From Pseudomonadota bacterium (GTDB taxonomy: Bacteria > Pseudomonadota > Alphaproteobacteria > Rhizobiales > Rhizobiaceae), in the NCBI GenBank assembly GCA_023416545.1, contig JAEZHO010000253.1, positions 3,049-67,048 of the forward strand: 64,000 bases of DNA, read 5' to 3'. Position numbers and translations under genes: made by a program. Below, one piece after another: positions 27,740-36,990 of this stretch; position 1 is the stretch's first letter, and every line of letters begins with the position of its first letter. The notes below the pieces were generated by a model, which ran no database searches, was not told the DNA's origin, and was given only the letters and a program-made list of their open reading frames with translations.

Positions 27740-28753
27740 CTAGACCCGCTCCCGGCGCCCGGTCTCGGCCGAGCGCAGCATCGCATCGATCAGGCGGTGG
27801 ACCTTCAACGCCTCGCGCCCGCTGACCCGCGGCGCCCGGCCCTGTTCCACCGCATCCACGAAGTCTGCGATCACCGCCCGATGATGCATGTGCGAGAAGG
27901 CCATGGGATCGGCGCCGGCCCCACCGCCGACCTCACCGTCGTCCATCTCGATTGTGGACCCGTCATGGAAGGCCGCAACGAGGGCGGCGCCTTCGATCCT
28001 CGCCATTCCCCGAGTTCCGATCACTTCGATGGAATCCGGCGTGCCGGGATAGGCGCAGGTGGTGGCGCTCACCGTGCCGATTGCGCCATTCCCGAACCGG
28101 ATCGCCCCCGCAACCAGGTCTTCCGTTTCCATGCGATGCACGGGGGTCGTGACCGCGTATGCCGTCGTCTCCACCGGCAGGCCGGCAACCGAAACCAGGA
28201 GGTCGAGCGTGTGTATCCCCTGGGTCAGGAGCACGCCGCCGCCATCCCTCGCCTTCGTTCCCCGGCCGGGCTGGTCGTAATAGCTCTGCGGCCTCCAGTT
28301 GGACAACCGCGCCGATGCGCCGACGATCTCGCCCAGCCGGCCGTCGGCGACGATCTGGGACATGGCGACGCTGACCGGACGAAACCGGTGCTGCAGCACG
28401 ACGCCCAGCGTCACCCCGGCCCTCTCGGCCGCCTCCACCAGCGCCGTCGCATTCTCCGTCGACACATCGAGCGGCTTCTCCAGGAGGACATGCTTTCCTT
28501 TCGCCGCCGCGCGCTCGACGAGCTGGCGGTGCGTGTTCGGGGGCGTCAGGATGAGGACGGCGTCGATGGACGGGTCGTCGACTATGCTCTCGACCGTGTC
28601 CGTGACCGGCATGGACCAGCGGCTTGCAAAGCTCTCGCGCCTCTCCGGCGTCGGACTGAACGCGGCCACGACTTCCACGCGGTCGCGCAAATCCACAAGG
28701 CTTTGCGCATGGGGTGCCGATGCCATTCCGAGCCCGATCAAGCCTAGTCTCAT
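27740..28753 (-). CDS. Gfo/Idh/MocA family oxidoreductase
   Basis: LIGLG, HVLLEKP and GGGVLLTQGIHTLD motifs. Confidence 0.92.
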   Translation of the reverse strand: MRLGLIGLGMASAPHAQSLVDLRDRVEVVAAFSPTPERRESFASRWSMPVTDTVESIVDDPSIDAVLILTPPNTHRQLVERAAAKGKHVLLEKPLDVSTENATALVEAAERAGVTLGVVLQHRFRPVSVAMSQIVADGRLGEIVGASARLSNWRPQSYYDQPGRGTKARDGGGVLLTQGIHTLDLLVSVAGLPVETTAYAVTTPVHRMETEDLVAGAIRFGNGAIGTVSATTCAYPGTPDSIEVIGTRGMARIEGAALVAAFHDGSTIEMDDGEVGGGAGADPMAFSHMHHRAVIADFVDAVEQGRAPRVSGREALKVHRLIDAMLRSAETGRRERV

Positions 28754-28777
28754 GCCTTATTCCTTTGCTTCGAAGAA

Positions 28778-28818
28778 TTGTCATACAAAATACTGATTTT
28801 TGTATGTTGACATACTAG
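28778..28818. promoter_or_regulatory. Putative FadR/GntR-family operators in the divergent uxaC promoter region
   Basis: TTGTCATACAA (28778-28788), TTGTATGTTGA and TTGACATACTA in an AT-rich spacer. Confidence 0.65.
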
Positions 28819-28867
28819 CCGTCGCTGCTCTAGCCATTCTTCTGCCGAAGGAGGAGCGGCAATCGGG

Positions 28868-30277
28868 ATGAATTCACTTGTACATGAAGACGTATTGTTT
28901 CCGCCGGAGCCCGGGGTTCGATCGATTGCGCGCGCGCTCTACCGGAGCGTTTCCGGCCTGCCGATCGTCAGCCCGCACGGCCATACCGATCCGCGCTGGT
29001 ACGCGCTTGACGAACCCTTTCCCGATCCTGCCCAGCTCCTGATCGTTCCGGACCACTATATCTTCCGCATGCTCTTCAGCCAGGGGATCGCGCTGGAAGA
29101 TCTCGGCGTCAAGCGGCTGGACGGAACAAGGTCGGAGACCGACGGCCGGCGCATCTGGAAGATCTTTGCGGAAAACTACCATCTCTTCCGGGGCACGCCC
29201 ACGCGTCTGTGGATGGACTATGCCCTGTCGTCGCTCTTCCACATCGACGAGCCGCTGAGCGCCGAAACGGCAGACAGCAGCTACGACCGGATCGCCGAGA
29301 AGCTTCGCCAGACGGAATACCGGCCGCGCGCCTTGTTCAAGCGGTTCAACATCGAGGTGATCGCCACCACGGAAGGCGCGCTCGACGACCTGCGCTGGCA
29401 CCGGATGATCCGCGAAAGCGGATGGGACGGCCGCGTCGTGACGGCCTATCGGCCGGACGCCGTCGTCGATCCGGATTTCGAGGGTTTCTCGGGCAATCTC
29501 GACCAGCTGGGAGAGATCACCGGAGAAGATACCGGCACCTGGACGGGTTATCTCGCGGCCCATCGTCAGAGGCGCGACTATTTCAAGTCCTTCGGCGCCA
29601 CGTCGTCGGACCACGGCCATGCGACCGCGGATACCGCGAACCTTTCCGAGGCGGAATCCGCCGCCCTCTTCGACAGGATCAGGACCGGACGGGGAGATCC
29701 GCAGGATAATCGCCTGTTCCGGGCGCAGATGCTGACCGAGATGGCGAAGATGAGCCTGGACGACGGTCTGGTCCTGCAGATCCACCCGGGGTCCTGGCGC
29801 AACCATTCGCCGGCGATACTCTCCCGGCACGGTCGCGACATGGGCGTCGATATCCCGACCCGCACCGATTACGTCGGGGCGCTGAAGCCGCTGCTCGACG
29901 CCGTCGGGCTCGAGCGGAATCTCAGCGTCGTGGTGTTTACCCTGGACGAGACCTCCTACGCCCGCGAGCTTGCGCCGCTGGCCGGGGTCTATCCCGCGCT
30001 CAAGCTCGGACCGGCCTGGTGGTTCCACGACAGCCCCGAGGGCATGCGCCGGTTCCGGGAAATGACCACCGAAACCGCCGGATTCTACAACACGGTCGGC
30101 TTCAACGACGATACCCGCGCCTTTCCGTCGATCCCGGCGCGGCACGACATCGCGCGACGCGTGGACTGCGCCTTCCTGGCGCGCCTCGTCGCCGAACACA
30201 GGTTGAGGGAGGAGGAAGCCTTCGATCTGGCCAGGGAGCTTGCCTATACGCTGGCGAAAAAAGCGTATCGGCTTTGA
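28868..30277 (+). CDS. uxaC: Glucuronate (uronate) isomerase
   Basis: SPHGH, DHYIFRML, GPAWWFHDS and FNDDTRAF motifs. Confidence 0.95.
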   Translation: MNSLVHEDVLFPPEPGVRSIARALYRSVSGLPIVSPHGHTDPRWYALDEPFPDPAQLLIVPDHYIFRMLFSQGIALEDLGVKRLDGTRSETDGRRIWKIFAENYHLFRGTPTRLWMDYALSSLFHIDEPLSAETADSSYDRIAEKLRQTEYRPRALFKRFNIEVIATTEGALDDLRWHRMIRESGWDGRVVTAYRPDAVVDPDFEGFSGNLDQLGEITGEDTGTWTGYLAAHRQRRDYFKSFGATSSDHGHATADTANLSEAESAALFDRIRTGRGDPQDNRLFRAQMLTEMAKMSLDDGLVLQIHPGSWRNHSPAILSRHGRDMGVDIPTRTDYVGALKPLLDAVGLERNLSVVVFTLDETSYARELAPLAGVYPALKLGPAWWFHDSPEGMRRFREMTTETAGFYNTVGFNDDTRAFPSIPARHDIARRVDCAFLARLVAEHRLREEEAFDLARELAYTLAKKAYRL

Positions 30278-30316
30278 ATGGCGCATCACGCGCCGAGGGA
30301 AACAGGGAGGAATTCA

Positions 30317-31294
30317 ATGCTGCATTTTGGAAAGTTTGCTGCCGCGATGACGCTTGCGGCGTCGCTGATGGCGAGCACCGCCGCCGCACAGACGGTGCTG
30401 CGCTCGTCGGACACCCATCCGGATGGTTATCCCACCGTGGAAGGCGTGAAATACTTCGGTGAACTGGTCAAGGACCGCACCGGCGGGCGTTATGCCGTCG
30501 AGGTCTATCACTCGGCCCAGCTCGGCGAGGAAAAGGACACGATCGAGCAGGTCCGTTCCGGCGTCCTGGAACTGAACCGCGTCTCGATGGCGCCGTTCAA
30601 CGGCACGGTCAAGGAATCGATCATCCCGGCCCTGCCCTACATCTTCCGGTCGGAAGATCACATGCACAAGGTCATGGACGGAGCCGTCGGCGACCAGATC
30701 AAGGCCGCCTTCGAGAATGTCGGCCTGGTCGTCCTCGCCTATTATGACGCCGGCTCGCGCTCTTTCTACAACCGGACCAAGCCGGTCAACTCGGTCGAAG
30801 ACCTGAAGGGCATGAAGTTCCGCGTCATCCAGTCGGACATCTTCGTCGACATGGTCACGGCGCTCGGCGCCAACGCGACGCCGATGCCCTATGGCGAAGT
30901 CTATTCCTCGATCGAAACCGGCGTCATCGACGGGGCCGAGAACAACTTCCCGAGCTACGACACGGCCAAGCACTTCGAAGTCGCCAAGTTCTTCTCGCTG
31001 GACGAGCACACGATCCTTCCGGAAGTCTTCGTGATGAACAAGGCTGCCTTCGACCAGTTGTCCGCCGAGGATCAGGAGATCTTCAAGCAGGCAGCCAAGG
31101 ACAGCGTTGCGAAGCAGCGCGAACTCTGGGCCGCCAAGGTCGCCGAATCCCGCAAGCGGGTCGAAGAGGCCGGCGCCCAGATCACCACCCCCGACAAGCA
31201 GGGCTTCATCGCTGCCATGGAGCCTGTCTACGCAAAGCATGTGACCGATCCCGTCCTCCAGAAGATGGTGGAAGACGTCAAGGCGGTCCAGTAG
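30317..31294 (+). CDS. TRAP transporter substrate-binding protein (DctP family)
   Basis: Signal peptide; LKGMKFRV, PMPYGEVY and DGAENN motifs. Confidence 0.93.
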   Translation: MLHFGKFAAAMTLAASLMASTAAAQTVLRSSDTHPDGYPTVEGVKYFGELVKDRTGGRYAVEVYHSAQLGEEKDTIEQVRSGVLELNRVSMAPFNGTVKESIIPALPYIFRSEDHMHKVMDGAVGDQIKAAFENVGLVVLAYYDAGSRSFYNRTKPVNSVEDLKGMKFRVIQSDIFVDMVTALGANATPMPYGEVYSSIETGVIDGAENNFPSYDTAKHFEVAKFFSLDEHTILPEVFVMNKAAFDQLSAEDQEIFKQAAKDSVAKQRELWAAKVAESRKRVEEAGAQITTPDKQGFIAAMEPVYAKHVTDPVLQKMVEDVKAVQ

Positions 31295-31304
31295 CGCCAG
31301 CTGA

Positions 31305-31334
31305 GGGCGGCTGCTCTGCAGCCGCCCGTTCTTT
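31305..31334 (+). terminator. Intra-operon hairpin after the TRAP SBP gene
   Basis: GGGCGGCTGC-TCT-GCAGCCGCCC followed by GTTCTTT. Confidence 0.6.
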
Positions 31335-31394
31335 CCGGCGGACGTCGAACCGGAAACGATCTGCAACTGCGACGAACGCAATCACGAGCACACA

Positions 31395-31955
31395 ATGACC
31401 GAGCGTCTTAAACTCGCGGCTGGCCTTCTCGGCCGGCTCAACACACTGGCCCTCTGGAGCGCCGGTATCGGGCTCATCCTGATGACATGCTTCGTGGCCT
31501 GGCAGGTGTTCTGCCGCTACGTGCTCAACGATTCCCCCAGCTGGACCGAGCCCGGCGCCGTCATGCTGATGAGCTGGTTCATCTTCCTCGGGGCCGCGGT
31601 CGGCGTGCGCGAAAACTACCACCTTGGTTTCGACGTCCTGCTCTACGTCCTGCCGCCCGGCGGCAAGAAGTGGCTGCGGATGATCTCGGATCTCGTGGCG
31701 CTGGCCTTCGGAATCGGCATGATCTGGTACGGCTGGAAGCTGATGGCGCTGACCTGGAACACGACCCTGCCGTCGCTGGGGATTTCCGGCGCCTGGGATT
31801 ACCTGCCGCTGACCGCAGGCGGAATTCTGGTGGTGCTCTTCACACTGGAGCGAATCGTTCTCAGAGCCGCCGGCGAACCAATCGACGAAATTCTTGACGA
31901 GATGCCGCCGGCCGAGGTCGCCAGCGAACTCGACACTGCGAATGTGAAGGTCTGA
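31395..31955 (+). CDS. TRAP transporter small permease (DctQ family)
   Basis: QVFCRYVLNDSPSWTE motif; 4 TM helices. Confidence 0.92.
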   Translation: MTERLKLAAGLLGRLNTLALWSAGIGLILMTCFVAWQVFCRYVLNDSPSWTEPGAVMLMSWFIFLGAAVGVRENYHLGFDVLLYVLPPGGKKWLRMISDLVALAFGIGMIWYGWKLMALTWNTTLPSLGISGAWDYLPLTAGGILVVLFTLERIVLRAAGEPIDEILDEMPPAEVASELDTANVKV

Positions 31956-31959
31956 AGCA

Positions 31960-33240
31960 ATGGAATACTGGATCCTGTTCGGCGTCTTCACGCTGCTGAT
32001 GCTCATCGGAACGCCGATCGCCTTCTGCCTCGGCGCCGCAAGCTTCGCGACCGCCGCCTATCTCGGGCTGCCGCCGCTCGTCGTCTTCCAACGGTTGAAT
32101 TCCGGCATGAGCGTCTTTTCGATGCTGGCGATCCCGTTCTTCATCTATGCCGGCGATCTGATGGTGCGCGGCGGGATCGCCCAGAAGATAGTTGCCTTCG
32201 CGGCATCGCTCGTCGGCCACGTCCGGGGCGGACTTGGCCAGGTCAATATCGTGACCGCCACTCTGTTCGGCGGCATCTCGGGCTCTGCGGTCGCAGAGGC
32301 GGCCGCCGTCGGCGGCCTGATGATCCCGCAGATGAAGGAGCGCGGCTACGGCACCGACTACGCGGTGAACGTCACCTCGATGGCTGCGCTGATCGCGCTG
32401 CTCCTGCCGCCGTCCCACAACATGATCATCTATTCCATCTCTGCAGGTGGCAAGATCTCCATCGCGGACCTCTTCACCGCCGGCATCATCCCCGGCCTCC
32501 TGCTCGCGCTCGCACTGATGGTCACGGCCTATATGGTCGCCCGCAGCAGGGGCTACCCGACCGAACCCTTCCCGGGCTTCCAGGCGGTCGTGCATCTCGC
32601 GGCCGTGGCGATCCCGGGCCTCCTGCTGATCGCGATCATCTTCGGTGGCGTTCGCTCGGGCATCTTCACCGCCACGGAAAGCTCCTGCATCGCGGTCATC
32701 TACGCCCTGCTGATCACCGTCCTCGTCTACCGGCAGATGACCTGGGAAGGCTTCGTGCATGCGACCATGTGCGCCGTGCGCACCACGGCCATGGTTCTCC
32801 TCATCATCGGCATGGCGGCGGCCTTCTCCTGGCTCATGGCCTTCCTGCGGGTCCCCGCGGCACTCATCTCGTGGATGAATACGATCTCCGAGAACCCGCT
32901 GATCATCCTCCTGCTCCTCAACCTGATGATGCTCTTCCTGGGTACCTTCATGGACATGGGCCCGACGATCATCATCTGTACCCCGATCTTCCTGCCGGTG
33001 GCGCAGGCCTACGGTGTCGATCCGGTCCACTTCGGTGTCATCATGATCCTGAACTTCGGCATTGGCCTGAACACGCCGCCCGTGGGTGCGGTGCAGTTTG
33101 TCGCCTGTGCGGTGGGGAAGATATCGGTATGGCAGGCAATGCGGTCGATCTGGCCCTTCTACCTCGCCGGTGTTGTGGTACTTGGCCTCGTCACCTACGT
33201 CCCCGCCATCTCGCTATGGCTTCCGGGCGTCTTCAAATAG
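31960..33240 (+). CDS. TRAP transporter large permease (DctM family)
   Basis: LAIPFF, GGISGSAVA, PPSHNMI and GLNTPPVG motifs. Confidence 0.94.
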   Translation: MEYWILFGVFTLLMLIGTPIAFCLGAASFATAAYLGLPPLVVFQRLNSGMSVFSMLAIPFFIYAGDLMVRGGIAQKIVAFAASLVGHVRGGLGQVNIVTATLFGGISGSAVAEAAAVGGLMIPQMKERGYGTDYAVNVTSMAALIALLLPPSHNMIIYSISAGGKISIADLFTAGIIPGLLLALALMVTAYMVARSRGYPTEPFPGFQAVVHLAAVAIPGLLLIAIIFGGVRSGIFTATESSCIAVIYALLITVLVYRQMTWEGFVHATMCAVRTTAMVLLIIGMAAAFSWLMAFLRVPAALISWMNTISENPLIILLLLNLMMLFLGTFMDMGPTIIICTPIFLPVAQAYGVDPVHFGVIMILNFGIGLNTPPVGAVQFVACAVGKISVWQAMRSIWPFYLAGVVVLGLVTYVPAISLWLPGVFK

Positions 33241-33248
33241 GACGGGAT

Positions 33249-34019
33249 ATGCCAGCGGATCTGACTGTCGCAACCAAGGTAGAACGCAAACCGAAACTCT
33301 CGGCTCACGTCGCCGCGTCCCTGCGCGCCCAGATACTCGCGGGAGACATCGGCGTCGGGCAGAAGCTGCCGACCGAGAGCCAGCTTACCGAGGCCTTCGG
33401 CGTCAGCCGTACCGTGGTCCGTGAAGCGGTTGCGAACCTGGCGGCAGACGGACTGGTGGAAACACGCCAGGGTGCGGGAATATTCGTCTGCGAACGACCG
33501 GCGATGGCCTTCACGTCGATCACGCAGGACATCGGCATGAAGATCTCGCACGCGCTCAACGTCATCGAGGTCCGCATGGGCCTCGAGATCGAGAGCGCCG
33601 GCCTTGCAGCCCAGCGCCGGAACGCCGCGCAGGAGGCCGCCATACAGGAGGCCTTCTTCGAGTTCGACCGGCTGCTGTCGCTCGGAGAGGCGACCGGGCG
33701 GAGCGATTTCATGTTCCATCGTGCGATCGCGGCGGCAACCAACAATCCCTTCTATGTGGAAGTGCTGGACGCCCTCGGCATGCGGGCCATCCCCTGCGAC
33801 ATCACTTCCCCCTGGGGCACCGACAGCCTCCTGACCCGGGAGTACCAGGTCACGCTCCAGCGTGAACACCTGGCGATCCTCAAGGCGATCTCAGCCGGTG
33901 ACGCCGAGGCGGCGCGTGCTGCCATGCGCGCGCACCTGACGGAGAGCCAGCGCCGCTACCATGACCGCCTTGCAGACCAGCAGGCGGAGTACCGCTTCGG
34001 TTCCGCAGCGAAGCCCTGA
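33249..34019 (+). CDS. FadR/GntR family regulator
   Basis: LPTESQLTEAFGVSRTVVREA HTH plus FCD domain (DFMFHRAIA). Confidence 0.93.
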   Translation: MPADLTVATKVERKPKLSAHVAASLRAQILAGDIGVGQKLPTESQLTEAFGVSRTVVREAVANLAADGLVETRQGAGIFVCERPAMAFTSITQDIGMKISHALNVIEVRMGLEIESAGLAAQRRNAAQEAAIQEAFFEFDRLLSLGEATGRSDFMFHRAIAAATNNPFYVEVLDALGMRAIPCDITSPWGTDSLLTREYQVTLQREHLAILKAISAGDAEAARAAMRAHLTESQRRYHDRLADQQAEYRFGSAAKP

Positions 34020-34047
34020 CCGACACAGCAACGAAAGTGAGAAAACC

Positions 34048-34896
34048 ATGACCGCGAACCACACGGATTATTCCATTCGCCAGGCCTTCGACCCGGCGAC
34101 GGGCGCGCAGATGGGCAGCGAGGCACTTCGCGACAACTTTCACATCGGCAATCTCTTCGCACCCGGTCGCGTAAACCTCACCTACACCCACTACGACCGG
34201 ATGGTGGTTGGCGGCGCGATGCCGACCAGCGGGCCGCTGCGGCTCGAAACCATCAAGCCGACCGGGACGCCGGGCTTCCTCGATCGCCGCGAGCTGATCG
34301 CGGTCAATATCGGTCGCAAGGGATCGATCGAGGTCGACGGCGAACGCCACACGCTTGGAACGCGCGACATGCTCTATGTCGGGATGGGAAGCGAGGTCAG
34401 CTTCGCATCCGACGACGCCGCCTCGCCGGCGAAGTTCTACCTCCTCAGTGCGCCGGCACACCAGAAGCACCCGACGAAGCTCATCCAGATCAGCGACGCC
34501 AAGCGTCTCGACCTCGGCAGCCGGGAGACGTCGAACGAGCGGTCGATCTTCCAGTTCATCCATGCCGAAGGCGCCAAGACCTGCCAGCTCGTGGTCGGAA
34601 TGACGCAGTTGGCGCCAGGTTCGGTCTGGAACACCATGCCGTGCCACGTCCACGACCGCAGGATGGAGGCCTATCTCTACTTCGACCTGCCGGAGACGGC
34701 GCGGGTATTCCATTTCATGGGCGAACCGACGGAGACCCGTCACATCGTCATGGCGAACGAGGAGGCCGTGGTGTCCCCGCCCTGGTCCATCCATTCGGGC
34801 TGCGGCACCTCCAGCTACGCCTTCATCTGGGCGATGGCCGGCGACAATGTCGATTATACAGACGTTGATGCCGTCCCCATGGACATGCTGCGATAG
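34048..34896 (+). CDS. kduI: 5-dehydro-4-deoxy-D-glucuronate isomerase
   Basis: TYTHYDR, WNTMPCHVHDRRME and SPPWSIHSG motifs. Confidence 0.95.
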   Translation: MTANHTDYSIRQAFDPATGAQMGSEALRDNFHIGNLFAPGRVNLTYTHYDRMVVGGAMPTSGPLRLETIKPTGTPGFLDRRELIAVNIGRKGSIEVDGERHTLGTRDMLYVGMGSEVSFASDDAASPAKFYLLSAPAHQKHPTKLIQISDAKRLDLGSRETSNERSIFQFIHAEGAKTCQLVVGMTQLAPGSVWNTMPCHVHDRRMEAYLYFDLPETARVFHFMGEPTETRHIVMANEEAVVSPPWSIHSGCGTSSYAFIWAMAGDNVDYTDVDAVPMDMLR

Positions 34897-34942
34897 CAGC
34901 CCCGGCGCATCCGACACGATCAGAAAAAACGCAGGGTTCGAC

Positions 34943-35272
34943 ATGAAGATATTCGCGCGCAAGGAAGAGGGTGACTGGACGGATCTCGGTGGCGGCAACC
35001 GCCGCCGCATCCTGTTGCACACCGATGAACTGATGATGGTCGAGTTCGCCTTTGACAAGGGCGGCGTGGGGGCCCTCCACTCCCACCCGCATGTCCAGGC
35101 GAGCTATGTGGCCGAAGGACAGTTCGAGGTGACCGTGGGCGACAGCACAGACGTGCTCTCGGCCGGCGACAGCTTCATCGTGCCCTCCAATGTCGTGCAT
35201 GGGGTGCGGGCCCTCGAGGCGGGTCGGCTGGTGGATTCGTTCACGCCCCACAGGGCGGACTTCCTCGCCTGA
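34943..35272 (+). CDS. kdgF: Cupin protein, KdgF-like
   Basis: HSHPHVQASYV and FTPHRADFL motifs; directly after kduI. Confidence 0.8.
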   Translation: MKIFARKEEGDWTDLGGGNRRRILLHTDELMMVEFAFDKGGVGALHSHPHVQASYVAEGQFEVTVGDSTDVLSAGDSFIVPSNVVHGVRALEAGRLVDSFTPHRADFLA

Positions 35273-35284
35273 CCAGGCGCCTTC

Positions 35285-35710
35285 TCAGCGATGTCGCGGT
35301 TCTGCCAGCTCCGCGGTGTCGACGTCGAAATGCTCGAGGATGATGCCGATATTGCGCTTGTGGGCCTTGAAGTAGACGTCGAAGGCGTCGCCCAGCAGGG
35401 GCACGGCCCCGATGGCCGCGTCGATCGCGATGTTCGTCAGCATCCGCGCCAGCTTTTCGGACGGGAGCCCGAGCCTTCGGCCCTCGTTGACGATCGCAAG
35501 ACCGATGATCGCACCGCTCGCATCGCCGACCACGGGGAGCAGTCCCAGGAGCGAATCGGCGCCGAAGCGAATACCCGTGCCTGGCACCCGCACCGCCGTA
35601 TCCATCAGCCGGGCGATATTGTTCAGGCGTCGGAGCCGCCGAAGCAGCTGGATGCGCTCTTCGCGAGAGCGATGTCCAGCCCTCCACCTGTCTTCGTCCA
35701 CCGATACCAT
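35285..35710 (-). CDS. DUF4112 domain membrane protein
   Basis: MDTAVRVPGTGIRFGADSLLGLLPVVGD and GAVPLLGDAFDVYFKA motifs. Confidence 0.87.
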   Translation of the reverse strand: MVSVDEDRWRAGHRSREERIQLLRRLRRLNNIARLMDTAVRVPGTGIRFGADSLLGLLPVVGDASGAIIGLAIVNEGRRLGLPSEKLARMLTNIAIDAAIGAVPLLGDAFDVYFKAHKRNIGIILEHFDVDTAELAEPRHR

Positions 35711-35749
35711 CTGAAAATCTCTTGATGCCGGAACCAGTCGCCACAGGAG

Positions 35750-35774
35750 AATGGGAAACCGGCTCCGGAGTTCC
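35750..35774 (-). promoter_or_regulatory. Putative EcfG/RpoE2 promoter for the DUF4112 gene
   Basis: Minus strand GGAAC-N16-CATT. Confidence 0.7.
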
Positions 35775-35784
35775 TTCGCGTGCC

Positions 35785-35809
35785 GGAACAACAGCCACCG
35801 CGACGAGTT
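35785..35809 (+). promoter_or_regulatory. Putative EcfG/RpoE2 promoter for a small hydrophilic protein
   Basis: GGAAC-N16-AGTT. Confidence 0.75.
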
Positions 35810-35834
35810 GTTCTGGCAGACCATGGAGGAGAAA

Positions 35835-36023
35835 ATGGGCATCGAACAGGCACCCACGGAGCAGGGCAAGGAATCCGCCCGCGGCTTGAGGGAAAGCACC
35901 AAGGCTGAAGAACGGCAGGTCGAGGCCGAAAAGGGCAGCGATCTAGCCAAGGGCGCCGACCGTTTCGAGGAGCGGTCGCGCAGTTCCGACGGTCGAAGCG
36001 CCGGCGACAAGCAGCACGACTGA
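35835..36023 (+). CDS. 62-aa highly charged hypothetical protein
   Basis: GGAGGAG RBS; MGIEQAPTEQGKESARGL...; followed by a terminator-like hairpin. Confidence 0.75.
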   Translation: MGIEQAPTEQGKESARGLRESTKAEERQVEAEKGSDLAKGADRFEERSRSSDGRSAGDKQHD

Positions 36024-36040
36024 CGGGCACGAAAGCCAAA

Positions 36041-36071
36041 CCAGCCGGAACAAGGGCTGGCTTTCGTTTTT
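36041..36071 (+). terminator. Rho-independent terminator
   Basis: CCAGCC-N8-GGCTGG followed by CTTTCGTTTTT. Confidence 0.55.
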
Positions 36072-36124
36072 GACCTCGTCCATGATGCCGTCGTTCAAAT
36101 CGAAAGCGACGCGAAAGACGGCTC

Positions 36125-36892
36125 ATGTTTCTCACCCCCCGGCAGGAGGAAATCGTCCGGCTTGCCCGGCTGCATGGACGCGTCCTGGTGGACGAATTGT
36201 CCACCCGCTTCACCGTCTCCCCGCAGACCATCCGCAAGGACCTGAATGATCTGTGCGATCGCCAGCTGCTCAATCGCATTCACGGCGGAGCGACGTTTCC
36301 GAGCAGCACCGAGAACATGCAGTACGAGGCGCGCCGGCAGATCGCCGCCCAGGAAAAGCAGGCCATCGGCATGGCGGCCGCCGACCTCATTCCCAACAAC
36401 GCCTCTCTCTTCATCAACATCGGGACGACCACGGAGGCCGTGGGCGAGGCGCTGGCGAACCATCAGGAAATGATGGTCATCACCAACAACATCAACGTCG
36501 CCAATCGCTTGCGCCTTCTTCCCTCGATCGAGGTGATCATCGCCGGCGGCGTGGTCCGCGGCTCTGACGGCGGCATCGTCGGCGAGGCCGCCGTCGATTT
36601 CATCCGGCAGTTCAAGGTGGACTTTGCCGTGATCGGCGCATCCGCCATCGATGCCGACGGCGCCCTGCTGGATTTCGACTTCCGCGAGGTCAAGGTCGCC
36701 CAGGCGATCATCGCCAATGCCCGGCATGTCATCCTCGTCTCGGACTCCACGAAGTTCGAGCGGACCGCCCCCGTCCGGATCGCCCAGATCACCCAGGTGC
36801 ACACCTTCATCACCGACCAATGCCCCCTGCCCTCGTTGCGGCGGATATGTTCCGAAAACAACGTCGCGCTGATCGAGACAAATCAGACCTGA
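36125..36892 (+). CDS. glpR: DeoR family glycerol regulon repressor
   Basis: VSPQTIRKDL, RIHGGA and FINIGTTT motifs; upstream of glpD. Confidence 0.93.
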   Translation: MFLTPRQEEIVRLARLHGRVLVDELSTRFTVSPQTIRKDLNDLCDRQLLNRIHGGATFPSSTENMQYEARRQIAAQEKQAIGMAAADLIPNNASLFINIGTTTEAVGEALANHQEMMVITNNINVANRLRLLPSIEVIIAGGVVRGSDGGIVGEAAVDFIRQFKVDFAVIGASAIDADGALLDFDFREVKVAQAIIANARHVILVSDSTKFERTAPVRIAQITQVHTFITDQCPLPSLRRICSENNVALIETNQT

Positions 36893-36900
36893 GCGGCATC

Positions 36901-36951
36901 TTTCGTTTGACATTCGTTTAAAGCTCATATGAACTGCCTCTGACTTTCGTT
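36901..36951 (+). promoter_or_regulatory. TTCGTT direct repeats, putative GlpR sites
   Basis: TTTCGTT (36901), ATTCGTT (36912) and TTTCGTT (36945) around TTGACA; another TTTCGTT at 36062. Confidence 0.55.
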
Positions 36952-36990
36952 ATCGTCGCATCACGCGACTTCCGAAATCGTGGGGAAAGC

